64,000 bases of DNA from NCBI RefSeq assembly GCF_037042905.1, contig NC_087251.1, positions 13,082,001 through 13,146,000 on the forward strand, in the 5' to 3' direction. This document shows positions 44,446 through 58,100 of the stretch, piece by piece; position 1 is the stretch's first letter, and every line of letters begins with the position of its first letter. The position numbers and the translations under genes were made by a program. This DNA is from Lytechinus pictus (lineage: Eukaryota). Below the pieces are notes generated by a model that ran no database searches, had not been told where the DNA came from, and worked only from the letters and a program-made list of their open reading frames with translations.

Positions 44446-46035
44446 TACTGCACTGCTAAAGGTAAATCTGTTAAATGGAAGTTTCAATACTAACGAACAA
44501 CAAATTTCTCACCTGAAATACGCGACCATATATAGGTTCAAAATAATTTATGTATCCACAGTGCTTTTATTGTGACTTTCCACAATACTACCATAAACCC
44601 CACTTAAATTATTCACATTTCCAAAATTACTGCATCTATTGTTATGGCACATCTGTGAATGGTTGTTATGCTGCCTGTCACTCGTTATGATGATTTAAAA
44701 AGTATATATATTAGATTACGATAAACTGTTCTTTCAAAGAGTGTTATTTTTCCTTATAATTTATGAGAGCATTCTCCCCAACACGCCTTGATCGTACCCT
44801 ACTGAGGCATTGAAATTATTTCCATAGAATTCATTTTCACAAACGGAGACCTTTCACGTTGCTCCATACATCACCTCCGGGTAGTATTATTATTAACTCT
44901 ACAAGATCTACCGGTTCACCTCCTCTCCTATTGTGATTGGAAAGTCTTTGAATATTTGAAAAATATCATGTACTACAGGGGCGGAGTCAGAATCTCATAC
45001 ATCATGTACATGGGAGGTTGCATAGAAAGTCGATTGATTTTTTTTCCTCTGATCAATTTTGAAAATCAAAAGATGTAGGGGAATATCATACCAAAACTTT
45101 ATGATTTCCCGCAAAAATAATTTTAGAATGGTTGTCATTCTATATAATTCAGAGGACCTAAATTGCCTGCTCTTTTTTTTAAAGGGGGTACTATTAGACT
45201 TTGAAACTTCTCCTCACAGGGGTATAAAAATGTACAACAGGGGGGGGGGGGCACATTTCCTAAGTGCCCTCTGGATTCTTCTAGTGTTGCTTCGATTATA
45301 AAGACTTTAAAGGAAGGTTTGATGAAAGAGCTTGTTCTGATAGAATGGTCGCCAATTAATGCAGTAACCAACGTAATTAGATTCGTTTGCACCGGGCAGG
45401 ATCAATATTTAAGCTCACAGTTATTGATATCTTGCTGTATTATAAACATCGTGTTTTTTGGTCCCTTTGATATCCACATGGTACCTTACTGCATGTTATT
45501 ACACACTTTTATACTATGTTGACCTTTCTTTTGCCGTTCTGATTTTTTAAAACCCAATTGAAAAATAAATTGGCTTGCAAGGTGAAAATCATATTTGATG
45601 TTTGCTCTAGATCCATATTCAAAATATTAATTTCATCATTACACTGAGGAAAAAAACATAAATTGGTCTTACCTTCGTAAATATTTCTTCAGTATTTCAT
45701 AGATTATTGCATGTCACTCACAAAATTGTGTTGCTTTAAATAAATCTGCTTGAAATTCACCATGGAAATCCGATTGATTACAAATCAATTTTACCATTGA
45801 TGCTTAAATACTTTAGTATTTATGCTACGGCCCACGTGAGATTTCAAAATTTATATCAGTTAATCGTTCTGTTCAAATATATTGCATTACTCGGCCCTGG
45901 GATAGATTATTACGTTATGTACTTACTAAATGTCTTTCTCATTCTGTCTCTCATCCAGGTTTATTCTGCATTCTTAAAACGGGAGGAATATATTTGGACG
46001 CAAGGCGAGTCGTTCACACACCTGGGTAGATCATC

Positions 46036-46120
46036 ATGACGTCACAAACTAACACATTATGTATACTTTGTATCACGTTTCTCTTTGCAACATTCCACAC
46101 AGTCACTTCAACCAGTACAC
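46036..46120 (+). CDS. Coding exon 1: start codon and signal peptide ([28 protein letters not shown])
   Basis: ATC-ATG context with an upstream in-frame stop; hydrophobic core [13 protein letters not shown]; phase-1 donor GTGAGT at 46121. A pyrimidine tract + CAG (45956-58) implies the exon starts at 45959 and has an upstream non-coding exon. Confidence 0.85.
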
Positions 46121-49100
46121 GTGAGTTACCCCTCCTCGGGCAAATCTTTGCACTAATATGGCTTGAACATTTTAAATTGCATTTTCAATATAAATGGGAA
46201 AGTTTTCTTTCACTTTTGAGCAACAAAAGGAGCTTGACGGTGTCTTAATTAAATTCCCTTTTAAATCTAATCGAAAATCGAGCATTTATCATTTAAATGA
46301 TCTACGCGGAGACAATTTTTGCTGGGAATTTGATTAGTTTTTCTCGTGGCAAGTTTATCACATTTTTGCATCTTCTCAGTTGATAGGATTGTCACCATGC
46401 ATGCCATTTATCCTAATGTATTCGAAACTATTCTTGCTTTGAATCAAAATAGAATAATAATACATTCGTTTCGATATTCATTATGTAAAGAACTGTCTAT
46501 AACAATATGATTTCGGAACATCTTTAATTGAAAAAAATATTTGTAGGTAATTGTAACGTATTTACATATATATCTAGTCTTAAATAGGTTGAAGATGTTC
46601 TTGTACATTTGTTTTTTCTCTAATTAAAGGCCCACAACCCCATGTATTTCATACTTACCTTAGCAAGTGTAGTTCTCAAGTCTTGTTGCTTTAAAAATTG
46701 TTTTCTTTATTGTCTCGTATTGTCTTAACCATTAAACTATTTTTAAGCGCAGTAGTCATCATTATACTTGGTTATAACTATTGAATTGAATTGAATTTAT
46801 TACCAAATATCACTGTCAGGTACAATAACATGGAATAGTACATCACATATAAACAAAACATTTGGTAATTGGAGCTAACATAATAGCAAGATGCTAATCG
46901 AGGTTAGCCCCAAATAATGTCATTATAATACTTAAAAACAATAATTTTAACTAAATCTCTATATTGTACATCAAATTCAGTACTAATTCTACTTATTACT
47001 GTTGCAGAAAATTGCGATCATTTTTAGTGAACATATTTACACTATTTACAAGAAAAAATATCTTAATTATTCACAAAATCTTTATATATAATTATTTGTT
47101 TTCAGGCAGTATTTACCATGCCAAATTAATTATAATCTTCCAGTAGCATAAGATTTAACGATTTGCTAAATATCTTGCGACTGGGGGCGTTTCTGATATT
47201 ACTATTCCACTAGACACTTTACCAGAAGTCCCTAATTTTGACCAAAGTACTGGTAAAGGATAATAACTCTTAAAGTCATTGATTAATTTTGCCCATCTCA
47301 TTTTGATGTGAACTCCCATAGCCGCCGCTGTGCTGCCTCCATGTGCTAGCCATCCGTGTGAGAATGGAGGCACCTGTATCGAATATACCTCAGCATTCCA
47401 GTGTCGATGTACCAATGATTTCACAGGACTTAGATGTGAAATACCAGTATCAAATACAGGTAAATCTTAATTATAGAATACACTGGTATGGGGGCTTGGA
47501 GGCAATAGCCCCAAAAGTTCCACGACAGAGAACAACAAAACTGTGGGAAAAAAGTGAAAGAAAGAGGAAAGGGAAAAATATGAAACCATTTTCTAGATAT
47601 TAAATGTTAATATCTGTCACAAATTGTATTTTCAATTTGAAAGATCTTGCTTCACTTGCTCACGACTATTTAAAAACTGTCCCTTGTACACTTTTGTTTA
47701 TTACTCTACAGGAAGTAGGGAGTGATTGCCCAAATATGGTGTTTCAAGAAATTGAAAAAAAACCTGAAAAATAAGTAATATTGATTTCTTCATTCATTGA
47801 TTGATGTATTTACTATTTTACAATCCCTGGACTTATCTCCAACTTACTTGAATAAATGGATCCCACAGAAAATCGGCACTACTTTAATGAGTATTTACCT
47901 TATTCTGTATTACATACGATCCTAATGCTCATAAAACTTGATTGTATTGTTCCTTATCATTTTTGTTAATTCTGCTACAACAATTATTTATCTTGGCACA
48001 AATCGTCTTAACGTTTCTTTGAAGTTGCTTGGACTTTTACAATATTGATTTTTAGTAAAATATAACCAGTTTTTGCTTTAGAGTGTGAACGGTTCTCTTT
48101 CGTTTATCTTACATTAGCGTCTGTATGTGATGATAATCCCTGCGCTCACGGTGCCTGTGTGAGTTCAGCTTCGGACCGTTTCACATGTATGTGCCCCGGA
48201 GGTTGGAGGGGGACAGCATGTGAGATAGATGTGAATGAGTGCAACGGAGAGAGGGGCCCGAACCCCTGCACCAACGGGACAGTCTGCATCAATGAAGATG
48301 GGGGATACCGGTGTGAAGGTATGGATGAAATTGTCCAAAACTCTTTGTTGTAAAATTTAGCATATCATTTGCAAGGTACTACTGTTGGAGGGTTAACCAA
48401 ATTTTTATCATGGCAATTGCGATAGTTAGTAAAACCGAATGATAAATTCAATAGTATATTGTCTTATTTCCAAACATGAAATAATCTAGGATGCCCCTAT
48501 ACCAGAGAACATAAAAGGGGGGAAATCCCTGTACCGCTACCTTATATCACGACACTTCTATTAACATTATTGGGAGAACACAGTTGTCAGTTTATTCTTT
48601 CCAAAGAAAGGAAAATTTTGTTATGAAATATCAATGTAAAATAACATAATAATTCAATAACGATGATAATGGTAAGTGGTCTAATTTGAAGAGGTGCTAA
48701 TTTTATAGTCACTGTATTCCAATGGTGTCGTATTTTCATAGGACAACAAGGATTTAACTTATATACTAAACAAGTAATTTACTCCACATTCTAATGGAGT
48801 GTTCAGTCTAGCTTATATAATTTAGATATGTCTTAAACCCGTATTAACTTATATGTTAATATACCACACATTGCGTTATATTATCAATCTTTCCAATAAT
48901 CCATCCTAGCTCCTTGTGCCAGCCCTAGCCCTTGTCAAAACGGAGGTACTTGCTCGACGAAAAATACGAAGCCTTACTACACGTGCGAGTGCTTGCCAAA
49001 CTACGAAGGAGAAACATGTGATATTGTTATTGAAAGTAAGTTATCGATTGTTGTGAGTGTTCCTTATTTCTGTATTCTTTTATCTTATAATCCTGAAATT

Positions 49101-52100
49101 GATAGAGAAGTTGGTCCCCTTTGTTTGCAACAATGATTTAAAATATACTAAATATATTGAATACATAACATATCTTTTCATCTGGGATGTTCTTTTAACC
49201 TGTAACAGTGCATTTTGTAGTGAGTCATTCAGTTTTGATGATTAAAAGGCAATTCTCCGAAATATGAACAAAATACAAAGTAATTTTTAGGATGTAATTT
49301 TTTAATTGTTTTTATCGACCAGGAAATATTTTTGACACTACATTAGGCATACCTTTGAAAATGAATCTTGATTAATAAATAATATGCAACAGTACACTTT
49401 TCGATGAATACGGATTTAATGTTTTGATTCACAGTTCGTATACACATTGAAACTCATGAAGCTCAAAAGTTGGGTTACACAGAAATCACACCCTGCAAAA
49501 TTGCACTAGTTATTATTGTTGTCCCGCTTCTAGATGTTCAGTTGCACCAACTTAACCTGTTGTTACCAGCTAGTATCGCAGTACACATGTATGCACTTTA
49601 CCACTTCTGTAAACATTCCCTTGTATTGTATACCATTTTCATGTAGTTGAATGTTCTTGATGTTTAGTGCAGTTTGTATGATATGTACTGATCGCCAAGA
49701 TAGACTGACGTGAATAGTGTTGTGTGCATGAGATTTAATGTGAGCTTATTAGATATAGTAGAAGCCGTCGTCACAATTTATACAGTGTCATGATGCTTTA
49801 CCCTTCTCTCAAAAGTTTCTCTCATACCAAAGGCATCTGGGTGCCGAGTCTGGACCCAAGTTAATTCGGGACAAATCGTGACAAGCCTTGGAAGTAACTC
49901 GTGAAAGATGCGAACAATTCGTAGTTCATTTCATGTTGACTCTCAGAGCTCGGGTCCAGCTCGTAACAAGCAGATCTGTTGGAAATTTTGAGAGGGGCTT
50001 TTGTGAAAACCACCCCTTTTCCAATTTCCCTCCCGTGCGCTTCCCCAATTTCAATTACCTCATATGCTGTCATTCGCCATCAAACCCAGGAGACGATCCT
50101 TGCCGATCGGTGGCGAACATGTGTCTGAATGGAGGCACGTGTTTCTCGTTCGGAGGGGCAGCTCTGTGTTATTGCATGCCTGGATTCCAAGGCCAGCACT
50201 GTGAGATTGACACAGGTAAGAGAGGCTCGATGACATCACATGCCTTGCTGGCTGGCTCAGAAACCAGTAGTGCTAATGTTAGATATGGTAGATTAGTGCA
50301 CAGGCCGTTGCATGGACCGATGACAAAGATGGTTGTATGAACTAACTAACACCTTGCACTTGGATGTAAATCTGCCTTGCTGACATCAGTCAAAGGCGTC
50401 CCTGTTAGTTCGAACGTAGGGTGTGGGGGAACATTTCAAAAACTTACCAGAAATTCTGATTTTTTTTTTCAAATATCGGAGGCGCCGGTACGTTGTGATG
50501 AGGTAAAGGATGGGAGGGGCAAACTATTGTGTTGACAATGGATCGACCCTTATCAAGAACGTTGAGTGCCATACACACAATTATCATTGTCCAATAAATC
50601 TGATACGGTGATAGAAAGAGGTTAATGAATGTGAATTAGTTCCAAAAGACACAATCCTGTTTTGTGCCTCGGGCCGCAATCGATGGCTTTTCACTGTACA
50701 TGATCCTCTCAACAATACCTCAACGTACTAATCGAAAGCGAAATCATATTGAATAATCTAAAATTCTAGTTTTCCCCAGCTGTACCGCGCACAATCAACC
50801 CCCTCCATTTTTATTCGAAATACAGTAACGCCTTCGACTGGTATATTGACACTCTTATTGATTTCCGTGATCTTCTTGATCCCTTTCAATCTAATTGTTG
50901 AACCTAGAGTATAACTAACAAATAATTAATGTTTCATATATTGATGTCAGAAACGTAATCTATCTCTGATGAATAATTATTAAATACTTATATATCATAA
51001 TACATGGTCATACGATTGGTTTGCTGTATGGGGGTATAATTACGATTTCAAATCAGGGATTAAATCAATCACGATACACTACATATAATTATATATGATA
51101 CAATGATTATTATTATCAAAGTAGTAACAGGTACGTCATCAATTTCTTTTTGCGAATGGATATTATATATTTTGTAGTCACACATAAACATAAAACTGAA
51201 ATCCATTACATCATCATCATTATCATCATCATCGTCATCATCATCATCATCATCATCATCACCATCAAATCATCACCGTTATCACTATACTCACTGATAT
51301 TTGTACTTTTTATTTCAAATTTTTATTACCGAATACATGTAACTATGTAACTATAGTAATTATCATGTTATTGACTAATATAACCTGGATTTCTTCGGTA
51401 CCATGCATTGAAATATTTTGTTCTTAATCTCCTAACTCAGCTCCTTTGTCTAATCTTTCATGAGCTACAGATGTATGTCAGACCATTACATGCCAAAATG
51501 GCGGCACTTGTGAGAAGTCACGTGATCAAACAGCGTCGTGCATTTGCCCTCCCTATTATAGTGGCTTGCAATGTGACATATTTTTGTTATGTAAGTTAGC
51601 GTGTCAAATCTCTCCTATACATAAATACATATTTAAGACAGTTTGCCGTGGCGGGAATTGGGAACAGCTTTTTCTTATTTCAAATCATGCATGTTCTTTT
51701 GGTTATTTTTACCAAAATCATGCGGCCCTTTCGGTGAGCATTTGTTTTATCTCTGTCCCACATATTGGAACCTTGCAGTTTTGTTTCCTAAACCGTACAA
51801 TGATTGATATGCATTGTCCTATAAAGATGTAGCAACCCTCTTCATCTTTCTCCTATTTTGGTAGCATATACTAATATTCTTGTTTTGTGAAATGCACCAA
51901 AACTTGAAGTTTCTCCTTTAGCCGATTACATGGCAGGTGTAGCTTTGGATTACTTGTTAGTAATTTCATTGAAGTCTTTCTTAAACTTTGAAATTATTGT
52001 TTAGATTACAACATTTTCCATTGAAAAGACGAAAAAAAATCTATTATTATTAATGAAATTCATTGTAGCCTATTTGGTTGCATCGTCATAATGGTGTTTG

Positions 52101-55100
52101 TCACTATTTCTTTTAGTTCCTTTATAGAGTTTCTTTTATATAAAAATAGGGTTTTTATATCGTTATTATATGAAGGCTTACACGTCGCGTCATTAACGTA
52201 CTTTCCAATTCAGGAATGAAATAATATAATCATGATAATATTCAATCTTGTTAGCATGTTACCTTGTCCCATTACTATCAAACAAATGTCAGTTAGCCAT
52301 ATACATAGTATATTTCCATAGATTTTACTATCAGAATTATTATTGTCTTGCGTGCTAATGGCTGTAAGAACAGAAAAGATGAGTGAACGTGTGAATATAA
52401 GAAAAAAAGCTTTTGACGTTTTTCCTCTTCTTGTGCCTGCCATTTCAGCTCCCTGTGATAGCTTGCCTTGCAATGCATCTGCTACTTGTATTGAAGATTT
52501 AACACTGGATAGTGGTTTCGTATGCATGTGTGAGTTTGGTATACTAACCCTTGCCAGAGGTGGCGCCAGGTTGGGGGGGGGGGGGTGGTGACGACAACCT
52601 GAATGCCAATTTTCCTTTTCTCTCATTAAAAAGGGCTATTATAATAGGTTCATGCACACTCTTAATACCCTTCTTTATTTTGTTCCCGTATTTTGTTTCT
52701 CTCCTCCCCTTTTCAGTTTTTTTATTACTTACAAAAATTAAAGGGGACATTCAGCCCTCCCACTCCCAACATGGCGCCGTCCTCGAACCTTCTTAGCTAG
52801 GCATATATCGTTAATGGTTGCAAATGTTCCCGTTTGGTATGTCTTTTAACGATCTTTCAGCACGTCAATACCTTTGCACAGAAATTGAAATCTGTTTTAA
52901 AGTATTTCGTTTACATAATTTAGTTGATTGATTCAAAGAATTGGATCGAATAAACACACGAAGAGTAACAATATGTTTGTTGATTATTTATTACGGTTTT
53001 ATTAATCGTTCAAATTCAAAGCTGGTTATTTATATCTTGAACGTTCCTCTATTTATTTATTCATTTATTATGGATATGATCTTTTGAATGAATAAATCCC
53101 TTTTCTTAAATGATTTTGGAGAACGGTTAATTAAACATACCTAGTATTAGCCTGTTTAGTCTTTCTTGTAGATTGCTTGATATATATAAAAAAAATACAT
53201 GAATATAGCTGTAATTTAGGATGCTATAGTATTTGTATATTGGAGCATTATGCTCTGTGATATCTAATGGTATCTAGATTTGTCACTTTGAATAATGTGT
53301 AAGAAATTATATTGTATTGACATTTATTACTTTATAATATCTAGGGGCACTGTGTACATGACATTTTCCTCACTTATCCCAAACGGTTTAAAACTTTGCT
53401 CAAGTATAACTATAGTGTCATATAACAAAAACAAAAAAACCGGATGAATAATACTTACTTTAAAATGCATGTAAACGTTCGTGGATTCCATCACCCCTTG
53501 GGAGGTCACTAATGTTGATAATGATTGGATATTAAAAATATATATTTTTTATATTAAAAAGATAACTTACATGAAATACAATGTTACCACTTTGGGGAAT
53601 CTATAGGTTCAAAATGAAGTTGTCATCCGTTAGATAATAAGGAAAAAACAACTCACATAGACTATCAAGTGACCTGAACAGTCTAATGAGCCTTGCTCGT
53701 ATGATGGTACAAACATATCATTGCTTAAATCAGTCGAAAGAGGAAGCACGTTGTTTTCTAATCTTTAACTGACCCATTCAATCATATTAAAGTAATTATC
53801 ACACGCTCGATATGATTTCCCATCGTGTATTCAAAATTAGTGCAGCTTAATAGACCTTATTTATGTCACTTCTTCTTGTGTGAATTTATTATTACAGGGA
53901 GGAAAGGCCAACATTACCATTTTAATACATAACAACATTACAATTTTATATGTATTACTTTAACAAACATAAATGCATCGGTATAAATTTTGCATCATTC
54001 CTGGCTCAAGATATAAACATTCATATTATGATAAGTTAGATCATGTATTGCAGTATACATGTAACCGATTTTATATTTTGAAATAGTTAATGAAAACCAT
54101 ATATTACGTGAAAGTGAAAGTGCTTGTTGAACGAAATCTCTAGAGAATTAAACTGCTTATCAACCTGTAAACGGAAGATTAATTGGGTATTCAAGGAGGC
54201 AATATATAATAAGTGACAGTTCGCGGTAAACTTTAGACCGTGGTTAATGAATTTGTATCCGCCCCCTGCATCCTTTTTAATAATTAACCATAACTGAGTA
54301 ATCGTTTTCGAACAAAGCACCATAAATATCCTGTTATATCAGCATGGCGGTCTTGAGTGATAATAATCATGATAATCGAATTCAAACACAACGCACAAAA
54401 AAGCAAAACAGGAATGCATATTTCTATATTTAAAGTACATGTATAATTACCTCAGCATATTTAAGATAAAGCTCCAACTATAGTGATTAAGATTAGGCAA
54501 TTAGAGAATATTGACGCTTTACAAGTAAAAATCTTTATTGGAATGGATGCATTTAATGTTTATACGATCGTCTCGCCTCTGATTTAGCGCCATATGTGAA
54601 TAATACTTATAATTTTCGATGATATTTTAATCCGCTTTCTTATGTAGCGCCATGTGTGAAAGAACCTTGTCAACATGGTGCAACCTGCGTGCACAACCAG
54701 AGCACCCCTCTTGGCTTCACTTGTGAATGCACAGAAAATTACCAAGGATTATTGTGTGAAAATATGATACGTAAGTTTATAATGGTAACAATTTTGATAA
54801 TTCTTTGAAATATAGCTGCCTTTCACTAAATGTATCAGAAGTCCCTTAGCTTTCTACAATACTGCGACAGTTAACCGACCGTTATCTCTGATTCAATTTT
54901 TAACCTCCATCAAGCGATTTTGAAAATGTCAAATTTATTCAAAAAATATTGGCGGCAATGAATGTTGTGTGATTCTTTGTAAAGTTGTTACACAATACCA
55001 CACATTCCTTTAGTGAAGGTGAAACAACATAACTACAGAAGATTGAAGTAAATTACATTCACGTGATAATTAAGAAAGTCAACAATTGTAGTAGAAAGAT

Positions 55101-58100
55101 CTAAAGAAACTATTTATCTCAAATTTCTCCCATATAGCCCCGTGTTCGAAGGAACCGTGTCTCAACGGTGCTACTTGTCAGCCAGATGAAACTGCGTCAA
55201 CCGGTTACCAATGCTTATGCGATCAAGGATTTGAGGGACTAACGTGTGAAGTATATGTTATCTGTAAGCAAATATTATCCTCTTTATAATTGTTATATGT
55301 AATGTAATGCGAAAATTTTTATCTACTCTTCAATACCAAAATATGAAGTGAATTTTTGTGTAGTTGATAAATTGTAATGAACAATATATCAAAGGACTTG
55401 AGTTTCAGCAGTATAAAATATTAGAAAAAAATCATACTTTTTATATTCCATGTATATCCTCGTTATTGTGACAATCGTGTCAGAATGTCAGTTATTGTAA
55501 TATACTTAAAGTTTTGAATTATCGTAAATAAAGTATGGAAACAATTAATTGTATCAGCAATTACTGACATTAATCGTGTCACACTTGTATTGTATTTATT
55601 TATTATCTAAAATCTTTCTTCAGCTCCATGTTCCGAAGATCCGTGTCTCAATGGTGGGACTTGTCAACCCAACGACACGGCGTCAACCGGTTACCAATGC
55701 TTATGCGATCAAGGATTCGAGGGACCAACGTGTGAAATAGCTGTAATATGTAAGTAAATATTATCATTTCAACCATCACAGTATGTATTCTATCCATTGT
55801 AAACCACTCTCAACAAGGAGGGAATTTGTGTCTATTATAAAACCGCAGTTAAATATGAATGTGAGCTGTGGAATTTTTTTTTATGATTGGACCCTTCCCT
55901 TCTTTCTTGGTCTCAGTATCTCTCTCCTCTCGATCTCTGCCTGTCTGTCTACCTGTCTATTCTCTCTTTCCTAGCTCATTCTTTCTCTCTTTGCTTCATA
56001 AGACTTTATTTTTAAATTACAACGGTAATTTCCTTTTCTCACAATTTCACAGCACCATGCACAAGCAACCCTTGTGATAATGGAGGAACTTGTGAGGCTG
56101 TAGGGGGCGCTCTTGCAGAATATAATTGCATCTGTCAGAAAGGTTATAGAGGAAAACAATGTGAAATTGTTCTTCATGGTAAGTCCTGTCTTTCTCTCCA
56201 CGAATTTTCCTTCTTTTTAAGTGCATGAAATCTCCTATGTACTACAAATGAGACGTACAGGGTAGGTAAAAATAATGGTAACAAAAAATATGATAATTTC
56301 TTAGTGGTATTAAAATCTGTATGTAATCTGTTCCATATTTTGTAAGAAAGAAACAATTTGTTCCGGTTTGTCTGGTTCCCATTGCTACTTATGTAGTAGG
56401 TGTAGATTTATTATTACTTAAGGGTATACATTAATTTAAATAAATTAATGTAGCATAGTGTTTATCCACATTTCATAAATTGGAAATGAATACTTGACAA
56501 AAAGCTTTTATATACAGTAATCAACAAACACATTTTAATCAACAGAATATGATATCCATCTTAGAAACCGCCAGCACCTTACTTATTCCTTAGAGTATTA
56601 TTATGGTAATAACAGATTTAATGATTTGATTAGATAATCATTCAATAGTACAATTTTTACAATTCTTTTGTAGCAGTCTGTACTTTTGAAGGTGTAACAT
56701 ATCAAGAAGGCAGTGAAAGAAAGGAAGATTGTAATATGTGGTAAGTTAAGTTTTATTCACCATGACTATAGGCTTACACTAAAGCCCGTCTCACATTGTG
56801 CGATCCGGTGCGACACGATTTTTCAAGAAACCGCACTTTGCATTAAATATGAAAGTTCAAATAAGTAAAAAAAAAATTATTTAAGGTTTGTCATTTTGTT
56901 AGGAAAACTAAAATCATATTTTTACTTTGCGGCAAGCCCTATGGTCGGAATAAATTCCAAATAGGCCTCAAATCGCAGCAGATGATAACGTCATTACGAT
57001 TTGGAAGTGAAAATGTTTTTATTCATTCAGGGAGGCTCTAACTGGACTGAAAATCGATTTCAGTAGTCCTACCACTATTCTGAACTCTGATCCGTAATAT
57101 TTTATTAGTTGGAATATCCATATCAAATGTTATCACAATTAATTTGAAATTTGGATCGCAATGAATCGCATAGTGTGAGACGGGCATTATAGATGAAAAG
57201 GGAACTGTTGCATTAACTTACAACTGGCCAACTCAGGTCATATTCTATCACTTTTTTTCTGTGCTGAAACCAATTATGAAGGACACTATAGGGCCATACA
57301 AACAATGATTTTATGCCCCCATCCCTGTAAAAAATAAAAACAAAAATAATGAAAGGTTGACAGCCTTTTTTTCGTGTCAGATTTTTGTAACAAAGTAACT
57401 TGTACAAGTTTATTATGATTCTCAATATAATTTATTTGATGTTTACCTAAGTATTGACCTATATGTATTATTGGCATACAAATTAAAATTGAGATGTAAG
57501 TTGAAAAGATTTTTAAAAACTTTTTGGAAACAGTGGTCCATAAATAAAGTGCGAAATTACAACTATGTTTAGAATATAGCAATAATCATGTTTCATTTGT
57601 TTCTGTACATAGTCATTGTCAGCAAGGTTCATGGCACTGTACAGACAAATTTTGCGGGTAAGTACATCACATTTTTACAAATTACAGTTGTTCTTTCTCA
57701 AAACACAACCCCCAAAATATAAAAAAAAATGTTTAAATCAACCAGGAATGTACTCAGTTCATTATAATGTCGACTTTGTATACGTTTTAGATACTTAAAC
57801 ATTTGAAATAACATCTTATGTTAAAAATCATTGCTCCAAATTGATTATTCGTGTTGTCAATCCCAAAAAAGGAGTTATTTTTATTTAAAAAATTCATAAA
57901 CATATCCATGGTGTAAGATATTACACTGTATCAAAAAATCATCCACAACAACTCTTTAATCTTGATATGAAAGACATTTTGTTCAGCCATGTTTGCAAAA
58001 TGAATATTATCTCCTATCTTCTGTTTTCTACGGTTACAGTGAATTCATGGTTTCATTTGCCTTTGCAAATACCAATTCTAATGAAAATGATGATGATGAG

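Noticed and set aside
44230-44487. Poly-Leu / poly-Val 'membrane' ORFs
   Set aside because: Translation of a (TAC)n microsatellite
47097-47120. Partial resemblance to an echinoderm miRNA (TTTCAGGCAGTAT)
   Set aside because: Match covers only ~13 nt of a remembered sequence, and no supporting hairpin is visible
28581-47550. Su(H)/CSL sites (TTTCCCACA 28581, TTTCTCACG ~32927, TGTGGGAAA 47542) as evidence of Notch feedback
   Set aside because: Isolated, not in paired-site geometry, and about the number expected by chance in 64 kb
53680-53730. Possible extra EGF exon (NEPCSYDG) in intron 7
   Set aside because: Only one Cys, and the phase-1 frame hits TAA immediately
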